Below are positions 26,192 to 35,610 of a stretch of 64,000 bases of DNA, in pieces. The stretch spans positions 16,799 to 80,798 of the forward strand of contig REDP01000167.1 of assembly GCA_007693455.1 (NCBI GenBank). Direction: 5' to 3'. The DNA comes from Planctomycetota bacterium. GTDB taxonomy: Bacteria > Planctomycetota > UBA11346. The position numbers and the translations under genes were made by a program. Numbering within the stretch: the first letter of the stretch is position 1; every line of letters begins with the position of its first letter. The notes beneath the pieces were generated by a model, which worked only from the letters and a program-made list of their open reading frames with translations, was not told where the DNA came from and made no database searches.

Positions 26192-26740
26192 ATGCTTGGC
26201 GACGACATGCTGATTCTTTTTGCGGTGATGAGCGCCATCATTGTGGCGCTGCTCATCATCTCCCTGGTGTGCGTGAGTGGCAGCGCTTTGCTGCGACGAC
26301 TCGGCTTGAGTCACGAGCCGCTTTTCTCTGACATTTTCGCTCCACCGCAGGTTATTCCGCAGAAGCCGGTCAATCGGCAACTGGCCCAGGAGCGCGGTGA
26401 TGCTCGGCGAGCTCTCCAGGAGCGCTATGATCGCCTCGCCCTTTGCCATCAGCAATGGAGTCAGGGGGTAGAAGCGTGCTGGACTTTGGCTGCAGCGGGC
26501 CGCAATACCGAAGCCTTCGAGGGACGCTTACAGCAGCTGGCAGATGATATCGCTGCCGTTTTGCCCAAGCTCTCTGAGTCCAACGATCCATCCAAACGGA
26601 TCGCCCAGCGGGCAGACGGCCTTTGCGAAGATATCAGTCAGGCTCTGCAGTCATTGCCTACCCCGCGACGCAATTACCTCTTGTTACTGCTCCTGATCGT
26701 TCTCCTGCTGCTCATTGGCCTGACCGTGGTGGCACTGTGA
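26192..26740 (+). CDS. Hypothetical bitopic membrane protein (N- and C-terminal TM helices, helical middle)
   Basis: Hydrophobic segments LILFAVMSAIIVALLIISLV and LLLLLLIVLLLLIGLTVVAL. The stop overlaps the radC ATG (TGATG). The upstream part of listed ORF 26081 starts inside a repeat relic. Confidence 0.55.
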   Translation: MLGDDMLILFAVMSAIIVALLIISLVCVSGSALLRRLGLSHEPLFSDIFAPPQVIPQKPVNRQLAQERGDARRALQERYDRLALCHQQWSQGVEACWTLAAAGRNTEAFEGRLQQLADDIAAVLPKLSESNDPSKRIAQRADGLCEDISQALQSLPTPRRNYLLLLLLIVLLLLIGLTVVAL

Positions 26741-27720
26741 TGCATGTGTGCTTAGCTCCCACCCTGGCCGTTGATGATGCCACGCGAGCCTTTTTACAGG
26801 CGGCTGTTGACCTTGACTGCCCACAGGCTGAAGTGCTGAGTAAGCACGGCATACGCCGTTGGGATGCGGATCGTCTATTAACTCGCCTCAAAAGCAGCGG
26901 TGAAATCAGTGAAACAGGCTGGGTGGAAGAGGCTCGACAGGCCTACCAAAGCTTGCTCCAGCGATGCCATTCCCCCGATTCGCGTGGTACCGCACAGCAG
27001 AGCCCTGCCCAGGAGGCCCATACCCCCCGCAAGCCTTCGCCCTTTCCTCAGGGTGAGGGTCCGCGCGAGAAGGCGTGGCAACTGGGGATTGATGCCCTCA
27101 GCGATCGCGAACTCTTGGCCTTGATTTTGCGCACTGGCACCAGTTCCATGGATGTTATGGCATTAGCTGATGCCCTACTGGATCAGTATGATGGTTTGGT
27201 TGGCCTTGCGGGAAGTGATGTGCTTGCACTTGCCAATGGCCATGGCCTGGGACAGGCCAAAAGCGCCGAAATTGCTGCCGTTTTTGAGCTAGGGCGGCGC
27301 CTGTTGCGTTCAGCACGCCGGCAACGGCCGCGACTTCATACCCCAGAAGCGGTTTTTGATGTGATCGGTGCCGATCTTATGGCGCTCGCCCACGAAGAGT
27401 TTCTCTGCCTTGCATTGGATGTGCGATCGCGATTAATCGGTGAGCCGCGACGCCTGAGTAAAGGCGACATTGATGGAACTGAGGCTGGTCCCCGTCTTTT
27501 CTATCGCCACGCCTTATGTAGTGGTGCCGCCAGTGCCATTGCCGTGCATAATCACCCTACTGGCGATCCCAGTCCTTCCGCTGCAGATTTGGCCGTAACC
27601 CGTCGTTTGCTGAGTGCTGGACGTACCCTAGATTGCCCCCTGGTCGATCATGTGATTATTGGCGATGGGGGACGCTTTATCTCTCTCCGCCGTGATTACC
27701 CGCATCTCTTTGCTGAGTAA
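26740..27720 (+). CDS. radC: RadC-family JAB/MPN domain protein with an N-terminal extension
   Basis: HhH-like LSDRELLALILRTG and JAMM motif HNHPTGDPSPSAAD. ATG 26740 overlaps the upstream stop. Confidence 0.88.
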   Translation: MHVCLAPTLAVDDATRAFLQAAVDLDCPQAEVLSKHGIRRWDADRLLTRLKSSGEISETGWVEEARQAYQSLLQRCHSPDSRGTAQQSPAQEAHTPRKPSPFPQGEGPREKAWQLGIDALSDRELLALILRTGTSSMDVMALADALLDQYDGLVGLAGSDVLALANGHGLGQAKSAEIAAVFELGRRLLRSARRQRPRLHTPEAVFDVIGADLMALAHEEFLCLALDVRSRLIGEPRRLSKGDIDGTEAGPRLFYRHALCSGAASAIAVHNHPTGDPSPSAADLAVTRRLLSAGRTLDCPLVDHVIIGDGGRFISLRRDYPHLFAE

Positions 27721-27830
27721 CATGATAGGTAATATATCCGGCAAATTCTGATGGGCCCGATGAATCCTGCTCTTGCGCTGTCGAGCGGCGATCTAACCTA
27801 CCACGAATTTTGCACCTTGGAGCTTGTCGG

Positions 27831-30800
27831 ATGCCACAACGTACGGATATCTCGTCCATTCTCATTATCGGTTCTGGTCCCATTGTCATAGGTCAAGCGT
27901 GCGAATTTGACTATAGTGGCACTCAGGCCTGCAAAGCCCTCCGCGAAGAAGGCTACCGAGTGGTGCTGGTCAACTCCAACCCAGCCACCATTATGACCGA
28001 CCCAGAGATGGCAGATGCCACCTATGTCGAACCCATAACTCCCGAAGCCGTGGCAAAGATTATCGAAAAGGAACGGCCCGACGCCATTCTTCCCACCCTC
28101 GGCGGGCAAACGGCCCTCAATACGGCGCTATCGTTACATGAAGATGGCACCCTCGATCGCCTCGGCGTAGAGATGATAGGGGCCAAGGCAGAAGTTATTC
28201 GTCGCGCTGAAAATCGCGAAGAGTTTTCCCAAACCATACGCTCCATCGGTCTGTCGCAGTCACGCTCGCGCATTGTCAATTCTTGGGAAGATGCCCTCGA
28301 AGCGAAAAAAGACATCGGTTTACCCTGCATGGTTCGTCCCTCCTTTACCATGGGGGGGTCTGGCGGCGGCTTCTGTAATACCGAAGAAGAGTTTGCCACC
28401 ATTGTCCAACGTGGCCTTGCCTTATCGCGAATCCACGAGGTTTCCATTGAGGAGAGCCTGTTGGGCTGGAAAGAGTTCGAACTCGAAGTCATGCGCGACT
28501 GCGGCGATAATGTGGTAATCGTGTGTGGTATAGAAAATCTTGATCCCATGGGGGTGCATACGGGCGACTCGATTACCGTGGCGCCAACGCAAACCCTCAG
28601 TGATCGCGAATATCAGCGCATGCGTGATGCCTCATTGGCCATTATCCGTGCCGTAGGCGTCGAAACAGGTGGTTCCAACATTCAGTTTGCCATCAACCCC
28701 AGTGATGGCCGTATGGCAGTCATCGAAATGAACCCGCGAGTATCGCGTTCTTCCGCTCTGGCGTCCAAAGCCACGGGCTTTCCTATTGCAAAGTTTGCTG
28801 CCAAATTGGCGGTTGGGTATCGTCTGGATGAATTGCTCAATGACATAACCAAGAAGACGCCTGCCTGCTTTGAGCCCTCCATTGACTACGTTGTCACCAA
28901 AATCCCTCGCTTTGCCTTTGAAAAATTCCCCGAGGCCGATGATCGCTTGGGCTATCAGATGAAATCGGTTGGCGAGGTCATGGCGATTGGCCGTACCTTC
29001 AAGGAAAGTCTCCAAAAAGCCCTTCGCGGCATGGAAATTGGCTGTGTTGGTTTGGGGCCTAATGATGCTGATGATCATGGCCGCACTATGGATCGAAAGA
29101 TCCTCGAAACCGCTCTTCGCGAACCACGTACGGGGCGCATCTTTGCCCTCCGCCATGCCCTACAAAATGGTATGAGTGTAGATGAGGTCCATGCCCACAG
29201 TGCCATTGATCCCTGGTTTATTCATCACCTTCAAGCCCTGGTAGAGCATGAGGAGCATTTACGGGCTGTCTCCTTCAACGATATTGATGAAGAGGCCCTG
29301 CGTGCTGCCAAACGTGATGGATTCTCGGATGCCCAATTGGCCTACATTTGGGGGGTCAGTGAGCAGGCAGTGCGCCTACGTCGCTGGCATCATGCCATCC
29401 ATCCAGTCTATAAATTAGTGGACACGTGCGCTGCTGAATTTGAAGCGGCAACGCCTTATTATTATTCGACCTACGAAGATGAATGCGAGGCACGGCCCAC
29501 CGAAAATCGTAAGATTATGATTTTGGGAGGGGGGCCCAATCGCATCGGTCAGGGCATCGAGTTCGATTATTGCTGCTGTCATGCCGCGTTCGCTTTGCGT
29601 GAAGCTGGCTTTGAGACAATTATGGTGAACTCTAATCCTGAGACAGTCTCAACCGATTATGACACTTCAGATCATCTGTTTTTTGAACCCTTAACCGTAG
29701 AAGATGTTCTCGAAATCAACCGTGTTATGCAGCCCGAAGGGGTTATTGTTCAGTTTGGCGGACAGACACCCCTCAATCTTAGTCAAGAATTGGAAACCAG
29801 CGGCGTTCCGATTATTGGCACTTTGCCCTCTGACATTGAGCGCGCTGGCGACCGAGGACTGTTTAAAGCCACTTTGGAAGAACTCGACCTTCTCCAGCCG
29901 GATAATGGTATTGCGCGCTCCTATGAAGAAGCCTTGGTGGTTGCCGATCGCATTGGCTACCCCGTTGTGGTGCGGCCAAGCTTTGTCTTGGGTGGCCGCG
30001 CTATGGAAATCGTCTATACACGCAAAGACCTTGAACGTTATATGAAGCACGCGGTAGAGGCGTCACCTGATGCCCCCGTCTTGGTGGATAAGTTCTTAGA
30101 AAATGCCACTGAAATTGATGTTGATGCCCTGTGTGATGCCGAGCAAGTGGTGATTGGCGGTATGCTTGAGCATATCGAAGAAGCGGGCATCCACTCCGGC
30201 GATAGTGCTTGTGTGATTCCGAGTTTCTCGTTATCCGAGCGCCTCTTGGATCGCATGCGCGATATTACCCAGGCCTTGGGTAAGGCATTTAATGTGCGCG
30301 GCTTAATGAACGTGCAGTTTGCCGTGCGCCATGAAGAGGTCTACCTCATTGAAGTCAATCCACGAGCATCGCGAACGGTGCCATTTATTTCTAAGGCGAC
30401 GGGTCTCCCTCTTGCCAAAATTGCGGCATTGGTGCAAGCGGGTTTTACGCTTTCGGAGCTGGGTATTGTCGATAATCCTGAGCCGAGTCATTTCTCGGTG
30501 AAAGAATCGGTGATGCCCTTCAATAAGTTTCCTGGGGTTGATACCATTCTTGGCCCCGAGATGCGTTCCACCGGCGAAGTGATGGGGATTGCCCCATCGT
30601 TCTGCGAGGCTTTCTTTAAGGCTGCCATGGGGGCGGGGAATATTTTGCCACCCACGGGCAAAGTCTTTATCAGTGTCCGCGATAATGATAAACGGGGGCT
30701 GATCCCCTTGGCCTGGGAAATTGCTGACCTCGGCTATGAAATTATCTCCACTCGAGGTACCGGACGCGTGCTTGAGCGTAATGGCATCGCCGTGACCACT

Positions 30801-31106
30801 CTGGCCAAAGTCCAAGATGCGCGCGTTTCAGGAGCGCCAAGCCTTCTCGACTATCTCGATGAGGTGGCTTTTGTTATCAATACCCCCAATCATCGTGGGG
30901 CTCGCAGTGATGAAGGGAAAATCCGCTCATCCTGTGCCGTACGTGGGGTCCCCTGTTTCACCACGCTTGCCGGAGCCAGCGCACTGGTTGGCGCCTTGCG
31001 TGAACGACGTAATCATACCTGGGATGTGCGACCGCTACAGTCTCTCCTTAAAGATGGTGGAATTTGGCGCAGTCCGGTTACTCGCACGGCAGGCCCCGTG
31101 GCCTGA
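27831..31106 (+). CDS. carB: Carbamoyl-phosphate synthase large subunit
   Basis: [31 protein letters not shown]-terminus, duplicated ATP-grasp halves, MGS-like C-terminus. About 1090 aa. Confidence 0.97.
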   Translation: MPQRTDISSILIIGSGPIVIGQACEFDYSGTQACKALREEGYRVVLVNSNPATIMTDPEMADATYVEPITPEAVAKIIEKERPDAILPTLGGQTALNTALSLHEDGTLDRLGVEMIGAKAEVIRRAENREEFSQTIRSIGLSQSRSRIVNSWEDALEAKKDIGLPCMVRPSFTMGGSGGGFCNTEEEFATIVQRGLALSRIHEVSIEESLLGWKEFELEVMRDCGDNVVIVCGIENLDPMGVHTGDSITVAPTQTLSDREYQRMRDASLAIIRAVGVETGGSNIQFAINPSDGRMAVIEMNPRVSRSSALASKATGFPIAKFAAKLAVGYRLDELLNDITKKTPACFEPSIDYVVTKIPRFAFEKFPEADDRLGYQMKSVGEVMAIGRTFKESLQKALRGMEIGCVGLGPNDADDHGRTMDRKILETALREPRTGRIFALRHALQNGMSVDEVHAHSAIDPWFIHHLQALVEHEEHLRAVSFNDIDEEALRAAKRDGFSDAQLAYIWGVSEQAVRLRRWHHAIHPVYKLVDTCAAEFEAATPYYYSTYEDECEARPTENRKIMILGGGPNRIGQGIEFDYCCCHAAFALREAGFETIMVNSNPETVSTDYDTSDHLFFEPLTVEDVLEINRVMQPEGVIVQFGGQTPLNLSQELETSGVPIIGTLPSDIERAGDRGLFKATLEELDLLQPDNGIARSYEEALVVADRIGYPVVVRPSFVLGGRAMEIVYTRKDLERYMKHAVEASPDAPVLVDKFLENATEIDVDALCDAEQVVIGGMLEHIEEAGIHSGDSACVIPSFSLSERLLDRMRDITQALGKAFNVRGLMNVQFAVRHEEVYLIEVNPRASRTVPFISKATGLPLAKIAALVQAGFTLSELGIVDNPEPSHFSVKESVMPFNKFPGVDTILGPEMRSTGEVMGIAPSFCEAFFKAAMGAGNILPPTGKVFISVRDNDKRGLIPLAWEIADLGYEIISTRGTGRVLERNGIAVTTLAKVQDARVSGAPSLLDYLDEVAFVINTPNHRGARSDEGKIRSSCAVRGVPCFTTLAGASALVGALRERRNHTWDVRPLQSLLKDGGIWRSPVTRTAGPVA

Positions 31107-31180
31107 GTCGCAGCCCAGCTCTAGAAGATATGGATTCATTGGCAGCACGCTCACGGACCCAGGCGCGTGTAATAGATGGT

Positions 31181-31323
31181 CAGGGCAGTGTAAAGCCTGC
31201 CCCCCGAGACTGCCCATATCCAGATCGGCCCGCAAAGACGCCCTCAACAGGGCGTCTTTCGCCCAAGCCATATCCCCCGCAAAGCGAGCATTCCTTCCCC
31301 ATGGCAAACTTTGCGCCACCCTG
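31181..31323 (+). mobile_element. MITE-like element, copy D (divergent subfamily)
   Basis: CAGGGCAGTGTAAAGC ... AACTTTGCGCCACCCTG termini. Perfect 9-bp central hairpin AGACGCCCT/AGGGCGTCT. Flanks only loosely similar (AATAGATGGT / AACATGGATG). Confidence 0.75.
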
Positions 31324-31357
31324 AACATGGATGGTCACGAGCCTGGAATCGATGGCT

Positions 31358-32938
31358 TTAGGTGGTCAGAAAAGCCGCCCAGAGTATGCCCAGGAAGCCG
31401 ATACTGGCAATGATCACTACTGGGATATAGGGCATGTGCCCATCGCGTTCCATCGCCTTGCCAAAAAGGAAGAATACGAGGGGGTGAATGAGGAAGGGCA
31501 TGGAGAAGATAAATGGTATCAAGAGGGCTGCTTGATCACCAAACATACCGCCCTGAGTTGCCGCAAACAGTCCAAAGTGAGACAGGCCCGATGATACTGC
31601 CATAGCCGCAAAGTTGAGCGGCATGCCTCCCAAATGGAGGAGTAGAAAGCCGCCAAAGAGGGCGGTGATCTGCCAGCCAAAGGAAAACTGCATTAGGGCT
31701 GCAACTTCGCGACTGTCGTCGCCATACGAATGCGCCATGCGTTTGAGTGACCACAGGGTTAAGAGCATGCCACAAGCCAGTAATATCAAGGTTGGCCAGA
31801 GGCTGAGATACCCTTGGGTAGCACTCATGGCAAGTATGGAAAAGACGAATATGTGGCCAAAGAAGGGCACATTGATCATAATCGGAGCTCGACGGGCGGC
31901 GATCCCGCCCATATCTCCCGCGGTACACGCGCCAGTGAGACCTGAATGGGAAAGCGAGCCTGCCATACCAGGAGCAAGATTGCGGGCGTGATTGGTTTTG
32001 CCGAGAATCATCAGCAAGGCAATGCCGCCAAACATCCAAAACATTTGTCCAAAAAAGCCATAGGCTAAGACGGCATTCATGCCGCTAATGGTAAAGGCCT
32101 CGCTGATGCGCGATCCACCGATCATAAAGTTTGCAGCCAATACCACAGGCAAGCCAGCAAACAGGAGGGCGCGAATGGTGGGCCCATAGCGCCAGCGATA
32201 ACAGCATGCGCCAAGACCGGCGGCAATGATCATGGCGAAAAAAATCTGTGGGAGGGCAATCATGGGTTTTACCCATTGGGCGCAGTGATGCGATAGGGCC
32301 AAAATGCCGATTACGGCCATGATTTCTACCACGCCCATCTGAAAATAGCGTCGCTTGTCAGAAATTTGCGCCTTGTGGTCGATAAGTATAATAGCGATAA
32401 CTAAGCCCATATAGGCAATCAAAGGGTAAGTATACCCCAGATCACCAATGCTTGCCCCTATAAGGTGACGAGCCAATGCCTCTATGCCAAGGAGAAGGAA
32501 AAACGAGCGTAGGACGAAAATTAAATGGGTGCGCCCAGTGCCGAGAATGGTTTCCTCTGTATTCAAAACCACCGTATCATCGGGAGGAAGGGTGATTTTC
32601 CCAAAAATTTTGCGCAGTTCTTGGCCGCCTACAAAAAAGGACACTATGAGAGCAACGATGGTAGCTCGAGCCACCAGATCAATAAGCGGGAATTCGCTTA
32701 AACCCGGGCTTGATACACCCGTTTCCCGCATGATAAAACCCATGCCCAAGCCAAAGATAACAATGATAAGAATGGGCGAATAGCGGGTCCCCGCAACGAC
32801 GGTACGAGCTACCAAAACCATGGGGATAAGCAGAAACAGGGATAAGAGGAACTGATTAAGCACCAGTATCCCGGCTCCCTGATGTACCAAAGATCCATCC
32901 ACGCCAAAGCCCTCCTCACCAATGGGAAACCCTACCAT
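31358..32938 (-). CDS. Polytopic integral membrane protein, probable transporter of unrecognised family
   Basis: 526-aa ORF, hydrophobic throughout with a dozen or more TM-like segments by eye. Follows the methyltransferase on the same strand. Confidence 0.6.
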   Translation of the reverse strand: MVGFPIGEEGFGVDGSLVHQGAGILVLNQFLLSLFLLIPMVLVARTVVAGTRYSPILIIVIFGLGMGFIMRETGVSSPGLSEFPLIDLVARATIVALIVSFFVGGQELRKIFGKITLPPDDTVVLNTEETILGTGRTHLIFVLRSFFLLLGIEALARHLIGASIGDLGYTYPLIAYMGLVIAIILIDHKAQISDKRRYFQMGVVEIMAVIGILALSHHCAQWVKPMIALPQIFFAMIIAAGLGACCYRWRYGPTIRALLFAGLPVVLAANFMIGGSRISEAFTISGMNAVLAYGFFGQMFWMFGGIALLMILGKTNHARNLAPGMAGSLSHSGLTGACTAGDMGGIAARRAPIMINVPFFGHIFVFSILAMSATQGYLSLWPTLILLACGMLLTLWSLKRMAHSYGDDSREVAALMQFSFGWQITALFGGFLLLHLGGMPLNFAAMAVSSGLSHFGLFAATQGGMFGDQAALLIPFIFSMPFLIHPLVFFLFGKAMERDGHMPYIPVVIIASIGFLGILWAAFLTT

Positions 32939-32957
32939 GCTTGCTCAATACTTGTGG

Positions 32958-33740
32958 TCAAATACTGGAGGCAAAACCTTTGGCATGTTTCCGCATGCAC
33001 AGTAGAGGATAACGGTCCAGGAGGCAAGAACGCTCCTCGCCGGTGTAGGTGAAACCCTGGTGGGTGAATGCCTGACGTACGGGATCGGTGGTAAGGGTAC
33101 TTCGCGCGTCAACGCTAGCCCAAGCACCATCCTGGAGCACGCGCGCACATTCGGTGGCAATTCGGTTGATATCTGCAGGGGTAAAATGGTGGGCTAGAGC
33201 CCCGCAGCACGTAACCCAGTCGACACTCGCATTGGCTATGGGTTGTCCTGTTTCATCGACAAAGGGCTCGAGGATGCTGGCCTGCTGAAAATGCAGTGTA
33301 GTGGGCAGCGCGCTCTGGTATTGCGGTAGTTGCTGACGTGCTCGATGTACCAGTTTGTGCGCATATTCTAGGCCAATGACCTGAGACCCTGGAGGGAGAT
33401 GGTAGGCAAGGGCGCGCGAAGAAGCGCCATCCCCACAGGCCAGATCAAGGACACGCAGGGGCCGCGCTAACGCACGCCCATGTAAGCAACGGGGGATCAC
33501 CTGCCAGTTGGCCCATGCTTGCCGTGCATTAATGCCGCGAAATATTCCCGGTGACATGGCACTGTAGGCTGCGAGGGCATCGCTGTTGTGGTTACTGCGA
33601 AAGCGTTGCCCGAGACGCCTGGCTCGGCGTTCGGCCAACCATTGGCGCAGCGCAACCAATACGGGGCCCCCAGGTGGTCCGCCATAACGAGCGCCACGAT
33701 AGCGCGGTAAAGAGCCAATGTGCCACCTGCGATGGCTCAT
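32958..33740 (-). CDS. Class I SAM-dependent methyltransferase
   Basis: SAM motif VLDLACGDGASS and a downstream acidic loop. ATG 33740 lies 1 nt after the glnS stop. The listed start 33863 lies inside glnS. Confidence 0.8.
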   Translation of the reverse strand: MSHRRWHIGSLPRYRGARYGGPPGGPVLVALRQWLAERRARRLGQRFRSNHNSDALAAYSAMSPGIFRGINARQAWANWQVIPRCLHGRALARPLRVLDLACGDGASSRALAYHLPPGSQVIGLEYAHKLVHRARQQLPQYQSALPTTLHFQQASILEPFVDETGQPIANASVDWVTCCGALAHHFTPADINRIATECARVLQDGAWASVDARSTLTTDPVRQAFTHQGFTYTGEERSCLLDRYPLLCMRKHAKGFASSI

Positions 33741-33741
33741 T

Positions 33742-35442
33742 TCACGATGCGCCTTTGGCCTTTGCCCAAGCGTCGCGTAAAGTGGCGGTACGATTGAACA
33801 CGGGACGATCCGCACGGTGATCATGGTCGGGGCAGAAGTAGCCCAGACGTTCGAATTGCACATGGGCTCCCACTGGCCATTCAGTTAAAAAGGCGGGGAT
33901 TTTAGCATCGGTAATGACCGTGCACGAATCGACATCAATATTGGTGGTCCAATCCTCGCCCTCATCAACCGCCAGGGGGTTTTCGGCAGTAAAGAGGTGG
34001 GTGTAAAGCCGCACCTCGGCATTTCGGGCACTCGCCGCATCCACCCAATGAATGGTTGCCTTGACCTTGCGACCATCGGTTGGAGCCCCACCATGCAAGG
34101 TGGCTTCATCTATACTGCAACGCAGGCGTTCGATGCCCCCATTGGCATCGCGCACAATCTCATCGCAGCGAAGATAACCAAGGCCGCGCAGGCGCACTTC
34201 ACCGCCAGGTCGCAGGCGAAAGAATTTTTTCGGTGGATCTTCCATGAAATCATCTTGGTCAATGTAGAGCAGTCGCCCGGCAGGTAGCTGGCGGGTACCT
34301 GCATCGGGGTCTTCCGGATTGATCGGTACGTGAGCGCTCTCTTTACGATCATCGTCCCAATGCGTGATTTCCACCAAGAGGGGACGTAAGACTGCCATTG
34401 CCCGTGGGGCCACGCGGTTGAGTTCTTGGCGAATATGATATTCCAATAAGGCCCACTCATTGGTGGTGTCAACTTTGGTGTAGCCGACTTCACGGCAGAA
34501 AGTGGTAATGGCTGCTGGCGGTACGCCGCGGCGACGCAGGCCGCACAAGGTGGGCATCCGTGGATCATCCCAGCCCTTAACGAGACCGCGCTGCACCAGT
34601 TCCATGAGCTTGCGCTTGCTCATCACCGTATGCGAAAGATTGAGACGGTTAAACTCATACTGATGCGGCCGCGGATCAAGTTCCAGTTGTTCGAGATACC
34701 AATCATAGAGGGGGCGATGGGTGGCGAATTCGAGGGTGCAGAGACTATGGGTCACCCCTTCAATGGCGTCTTCGAGACCATGAGCCCAGTCATAGAGGGG
34801 GTAGATTTTCCAGGTATCACCGGTGCGATGATGCCGATCAAACTGAATGCGGTACATCAGTGGGTCGCGTAGAAGCATATTGGCATGTGCCATATCAATT
34901 TTAGCTCGGAGTACACGGCTGCCAGGCGCGCATTGGCCATCGCGCATGGAGCGGAAGAGTTCCAGGTTTTCCTCGGGGCTGCGGTCCCGCCAGGGTGAGT
35001 TCACTCCTGGACTGGTCACGGTGCCCCGATTGCGACGAATGGTTTCACCGTCTTGATCATCGACGTAAGCCAGACCCTTGCTAATCAACGCTTCTGCCCA
35101 CGCATACATCTGAGGGAAATAATCCGAGGCATAGCGTACTTCAATATGCTCGCGGCCAGTGAGCCATTGCACATCGCGAATAATGGCATCAACATATTCC
35201 ACATCTTCTTTGCTGGGATTGGTGTCATCAAAGCGCAGACGACAGAGACCGTCGAATTCATCGGCAATGCCAAAATCCAAGGCAATCGCCTTGGCATGGC
35301 CAATATGCAAATAACCATTGGGCTCAGGAGGAAAGCGGGTTACCACTGGTGGCTGCACCCGGCCCTGGGTGAGATCATCGGCGACGATCTGGCGAATAAA
35401 GTCGCGCGGCGGTTCTGTTGCTGGATGAGCGTGGTCGGCCAT
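33742..35442 (-). CDS. glnS: Glutamine--tRNA ligase
   Basis: HIGH motif PNGYLHIGHAKA, KMSKS variant VMSKRKL, GlnRS-type C-terminal beta-barrels. 566 aa. Confidence 0.96.
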   Translation of the reverse strand: MADHAHPATEPPRDFIRQIVADDLTQGRVQPPVVTRFPPEPNGYLHIGHAKAIALDFGIADEFDGLCRLRFDDTNPSKEDVEYVDAIIRDVQWLTGREHIEVRYASDYFPQMYAWAEALISKGLAYVDDQDGETIRRNRGTVTSPGVNSPWRDRSPEENLELFRSMRDGQCAPGSRVLRAKIDMAHANMLLRDPLMYRIQFDRHHRTGDTWKIYPLYDWAHGLEDAIEGVTHSLCTLEFATHRPLYDWYLEQLELDPRPHQYEFNRLNLSHTVMSKRKLMELVQRGLVKGWDDPRMPTLCGLRRRGVPPAAITTFCREVGYTKVDTTNEWALLEYHIRQELNRVAPRAMAVLRPLLVEITHWDDDRKESAHVPINPEDPDAGTRQLPAGRLLYIDQDDFMEDPPKKFFRLRPGGEVRLRGLGYLRCDEIVRDANGGIERLRCSIDEATLHGGAPTDGRKVKATIHWVDAASARNAEVRLYTHLFTAENPLAVDEGEDWTTNIDVDSCTVITDAKIPAFLTEWPVGAHVQFERLGYFCPDHDHRADRPVFNRTATLRDAWAKAKGAS

Positions 35443-35610
35443 GTGGTATATCCTCCGAGCGCGACACGTTAGCGCCGGAATGAATCATTGAAGGGCTTTT
35501 GTCGGGGCGGCTTCAAAGCGACGTCAAGCTTGTTAAGAATGTGGGGTAGGTATTTCAGAACCAAGGAAATACGTATGTTGCCATATCATCGTTGCTGACA
35601 TAGTGCGGCG

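Noticed and set aside
25889-26455. N-terminal 189 codons of the listed 512-aa minus-strand ORF (24917..26455), which would make a giant NadA
   Set aside because: No NadA homology before ..LAQAIEDLKRQH. A strong AAGGAG-N6-GTG sits at 25888. The extra region overlaps the opposite-strand membrane-protein gene and the repeat-rich intergenic region, and its composition (His/Arg/Ala-rich) looks like read-through of non-coding DNA.
28022-30815. Minus-strand ORFs of 170-175 aa inside carB (28022..28549, 28632..29156, 30303..30815)
   Set aside because: They are antisense to a highly conserved CDS of about 1090 aa and are shadow ORFs.
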